A DNA stretch of 63,977 nucleotides, the filler included, from Chiloscyllium plagiosum (Eukaryota), in the NCBI RefSeq assembly GCF_004010195.1. It is 6 parts of one record of this genome, joined end to end, with 100 filler letters (N's around TTAATTAATTAA, not from the genome) between each part and the next. Parts side by side here need not be neighbours in the genome. Positions count along the whole stretch, not along the records: positions 60,669 to 63,977 come from NC_057711.1; 5 more parts are not named here. One strand, 5' to 3'. A program made the translations under genes and the position numbers. The notes under the pieces were generated by a model that was not told where the DNA came from, made no database searches, and saw only the letters and a list, made by a program, of their open reading frames with translations. This document shows, piece by piece, positions 60,569-63,977 of this stretch. Every line of letters starts with the position of its first letter. Position 1 is the stretch's first letter.

Positions 60569-60668
60569 NNNNNNNNNNNNNNNNNNNNNNNNNNNNNNNN
60601 NNNNNNNNNNNNTTAATTAATTAANNNNNNNNNNNNNNNNNNNNNNNNNNNNNNNNNNNNNNNNNNNN

Positions 60669-61400
60669 GGGAGTGTTGCTGAACAAAGAGACCTTGGAGT
60701 GCAGGTTCATAGCTCCTTGAAAGTGGAGTCGCAGGTAGATAGGATAGTGAAGAAGGCGTTTGGTATGCTTTCCTTTATTGGTCAGAGTATTGAGTACAGG
60801 AGTTGGGAGGTCATGTTGCAGCTGTACAGGACATTGGTTAGGCCACTGTTGGAATATTGCATGCAATTCTGGTCTCCTTCCTATCGGAAGGACGTTATGA
60901 AACTTGAAAGGGTTCAGAAATGATTTACAAGGATGTTGCCAGGGTTGGAGGATTTGAGCTATAGGGAAAGGCTAAACAGGCTGGAGCTGTTTTCCCTGGT
61001 GCGACAGAGGCTGAGGGTGACCTTATAGAGGTTTACAAAATTATTAAAGGGCATGGAGAGGGTAAATAGGCAAAGTCTTTTCCCTGGGGTTGGGGAGTCC
61101 AGAACTAGAGGGCATAGATTTAGGGTGAGAGGGGGAAGATATAAAAGAGACCTAAGGGGCAACTTTTTCACACAGAGGATGGTACGGGTATGGAATGATT
61201 TGCCACAGGAAGTGGTGGAGGCTGGTACAATTGCAACATTTAAGAGGCATTTGGATGGGTCTATGAATAGGAAGGATTTGGAGGGATATGGGTTGGGTGC
61301 TGGCAGGTTGGACTAGATTGGGTTGGGTTATCTGGTCGGCATGGACGAGTTGGACCGAAGGGTCTGTTCCATGCTGTACATCTCTATGACTCTATGACTC
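60669..61400 (+). mobile_element. CR1 3' end
   Basis: RPLLEYCMQFWSP; (ctatgact)n tail. Confidence 0.92.
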
Positions 61401-61940
61401 TTGGGAAATGATTCTTTTGATTTACCTTATCCATGCCTGTAATGATTTTATAAACCTCATTAAGGTCACCCTTAAACCTCCTACACTTCCGTGAAAAAAG
61501 CCCCAGTCTTTCCAAACTGTTTTTATACTTTATACACTCCATTTCTGGCAACATCATGGTAAATCTTTTCTGAACCCCCTCCGGTTTATAAAACCCTTCT
61601 TATAACTGGTTGACTAATACTGCACACAGTACTCCAGAAGAGGCCTCACCAAAGTCCTGTACAACCTCAAAATGACATTCCAACTCCTATACTCAAAGGT
61701 TTGAGCAATAAAGTAGATGTGTTAAATGCTTTCTTAACCTCCTTGTCTACTCATGACACAAATTTCAAAGAATTAAGTATCTGAACCCGTAGTTCTCTCT
61801 GTTCCACCATACTATTCAAGGCCTGACCATTAATTGTATAAGTTTTGTCATTGTCTGTATTAACAAAATGCAATACCTCACATTTATACAAATTAAACAC
61901 CATCTCCCACTCCTTAGCCCATTGACTCAATTGATCAAGA
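61401..61940 (-). mobile_element. Old CR1 RT C-terminal fragment
   Basis: Homologous to 33219-33781. Confidence 0.75.
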
Positions 61941-62159
61941 CCATTAGCAACTCTGCTGGATCTATCCCTATAGTTGCATGAGGGAAGGTCCTGTAATCAA
62001 ATAGGAACTGGCATAGTTTGGTATCTAGTGAATCTGTATGCTGTTTCTTTAAGCCTGCCTTCAAAGTGTGGACTGCTCTTTCTGCCAGATCAATGGATGA
62101 TGAATAGTATGCAGATATTCTTATACAATTTGACTTTATGAAATAATCAAATTCCCTGC
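61941..62159 (-). mobile_element. Gypsy integrase core fragment
   Basis: Translates to LAERAVHTLKAGLKK...FLFDYRTFPHATIGIDPAELLM. Confidence 0.8.
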
Positions 62160-63400
62160 TTCAGCCTTTTCTTTTGCACTGATGTGCTGGGCTCTTCCAT
62201 CATTGAGGATGGGAATATTTGAGGATCCTCCTCCTCCACTGAGTTGTTTAATTGTCCACCATCATTCATGACTGGATGTGGCAGGACTACAGAGCTTAGA
62301 TCTGATCTGTTGGCTGTGCAATCACTTTGCTCTGTCTATCACTTGCTGCTTATTCTGTTTGGCATGAAATTAGTTCTGTTTCACCAGGTTGACACCTAAT
62401 CTTCAGGTGTGGATAGTGCTGCTCCTGTCATGCCTTCTTGCATTCTGCAATGAACCAGGGTTGATCCTCAGGCTTGATGGCAATCGTTGAGTGAAGGGAT
62501 ATCTTGGGTCAAGATGTTACAGATTGTCCTTGAGTATGATCCTGCTGCTGTCGATGGCTCATAATGCCTCATGGATGCCGAGATCTGAGTTGCTAGATCG
62601 GTTTAAAGTCTATCCCATTTCGCACAGTAATTACGCCACACAATACAACAGAAGTTATTCTCAGTGTGAAGGTGGGACTTCATTTCCACAAGGACAGTGT
62701 GGTGGTCGCTTCCTCTCTTGTTGTTTCCCTCATCACCTGCTGCAGACCCAGTCTAGCAGTTATGTCCTTTACGACTTAACTAGCTCGATCATTAGTACTG
62801 CTGCTGAGCCATTCTTAATGGTGGACATTCAAATCCCCCATTCAGAGTACATTTTGTGCCCTTGCTATCCTCAGTGCTTCTTCTAAGTGTTGTTCAATAT
62901 GGAGGATGACTGATTCATCAGCTGAGGACGGCTGGTAAATGGTAATGAACAGGAGCTTTCCTTGCCCATGTTTAACCTGAAGCTACAAGACTTCATGGGA
63001 TCTGGAGTCAATGTTGAGGACTCCCAAGACAACTCCCTTCCTCCTGTATTCCATTGTACTGCTGCCTCTGCCAGGTCTGCCCTGCTGGGGGGACAGAACA
63101 TATCCAGGGGTGGTGATGGTGTTGTCTGGGATATTGTATGGTATGTGAATATGACTATATGAGACTATTGCTTGACTAGTCTGTGATTCAGCTCTCCTAA
63201 TTTTGGGGATAACCCCATGTGTTTGTAAGGGTTGACACGACTGTTTCCGCTGTTGTCTTTTCCAGTGTTGATGCCAGGTGATCCATACAGTTTCATTTCT
63301 TTGAGACTTTGTAGTGATTGGTGCAACTGAATGGCTTGATTAGCTATTTCAGAGGACAACTGAGATCTAACCACAAGGCTGTGTGTTGAGAGTCACTGGA
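62160..63400 (-). mobile_element. Decayed LINE (APE region), family distinct from the main CR1s
   Basis: Minus strand gives AQNVL*MGDLNVHH.EWL and an L..KLGEL.HRLVKQ start segment. Confidence 0.65.
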
Positions 63401-63509
63401 TTTATTGATTGCACCTCATAAATTTCTTTTACTTGTAGAGAGCTTGTATTTTTAAAATTGTTTAATGATTCTGTACTGGCCAAGATCAGACAAAAACAGT
63501 CATGTCTGG

Positions 63510-63615
63510 ATTGTGTAAAAGGCATAGTAGTAGTATCCCTACTTCGGAGTCAGGAGATTCAGGCTTAAGTCCCACCTGCAATGTTATTTCTGAGCAGTTA
63601 GGTTAGAATGTATCT
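63510..63615 (+). mobile_element. Short tRNA-like SINE, third type
   Basis: agtagtagtatccctac...caggag...aagtcccacctg...tttctgagcag. Confidence 0.45.
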
Positions 63616-63796
63616 TTTTAGATTGTCCCAAGTCTATATTTAACGAAAAAACTTAAATCAGTCATGGGAGCACTTTTAAATAAAAGGATTTGGAAAGGGT
63701 TTGCGTCAGGATTGTTTTTGAAGTATAATAGTTTATGGACCTAAAATGCAATAGCCATTTTGAATAGGAATAAGAAAGCTAAAGTTCTTTATAGTA

Positions 63797-63977
63797 ATAG
63801 ACAATAGACAATAGACAATAGGTGCAGGAATAGGCCATTCAGCCCTTCGAGCCTGCACCGCCATTCAATATAATCATGGCTGATCATTCCTAATCAGTAT
63901 CCTGTTCCTGCCTTATCTCCATAACCCTTGATTCCACTATCTTTGAGAGCTCTATCCAATTCCTTCTTAAATGAATC
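63797..63977 (-). mobile_element. CR1 3' end with (ATAGACA)n tail on +, runs off the window
   Basis: aatagacaatagacaatagacaataggtgcaggaataggccattcagccc. Confidence 0.85.

Noticed and set aside
1..63977. CRISPR array or prokaryotic operon
   Set aside because: No regularly spaced direct repeats with unique spacers and no operon-like gene density; the sequence is vertebrate repeat-rich DNA

Overview
Eukaryotic, transposon-dense genomic DNA, most likely from a cartilaginous fish (shark): it carries HE1-type V-domain SINEs and their partner CR1 LINEs. No intact host protein-coding gene, rRNA, true tRNA or CRISPR array was seen, and nearly every ORF in the track is a retroelement fragment or its antisense shadow. 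The content is many CR1 LINE copies from several subfamilies; a cluster of young GC/CpG-rich Tx1-type (L1 clade) LINEs; Rex1/Babar-like, L2-like and other LINE remnants; Gypsy and probable Harbinger/pogo remnants; three SINE types; and many Penelope-like element (PLE) pieces. The most interesting signal is that the PLE termini of at least three unrelated families each carry a minimal hammerhead-ribozyme core (CTGA[T/A]GA + 1 nt + stem II + GAAA + palindromic helix III). They recur as small foldback (inverted-repeat) insertions bounded by 11-16 bp target-site duplications (TSDs), including a ~700-bp hairpin. A repeat-free stretch at ~56.2-57.9 kb looks like the terminal exon and 3' UTR of an unidentified minus-strand gene. 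Five identical 44N-TTAATTAATTAA-44N spacers are assembly joins, so adjacency across them is not guaranteed. Coordinates of degenerate repeats are approximate, and family names come from recognised motifs, not database searches.
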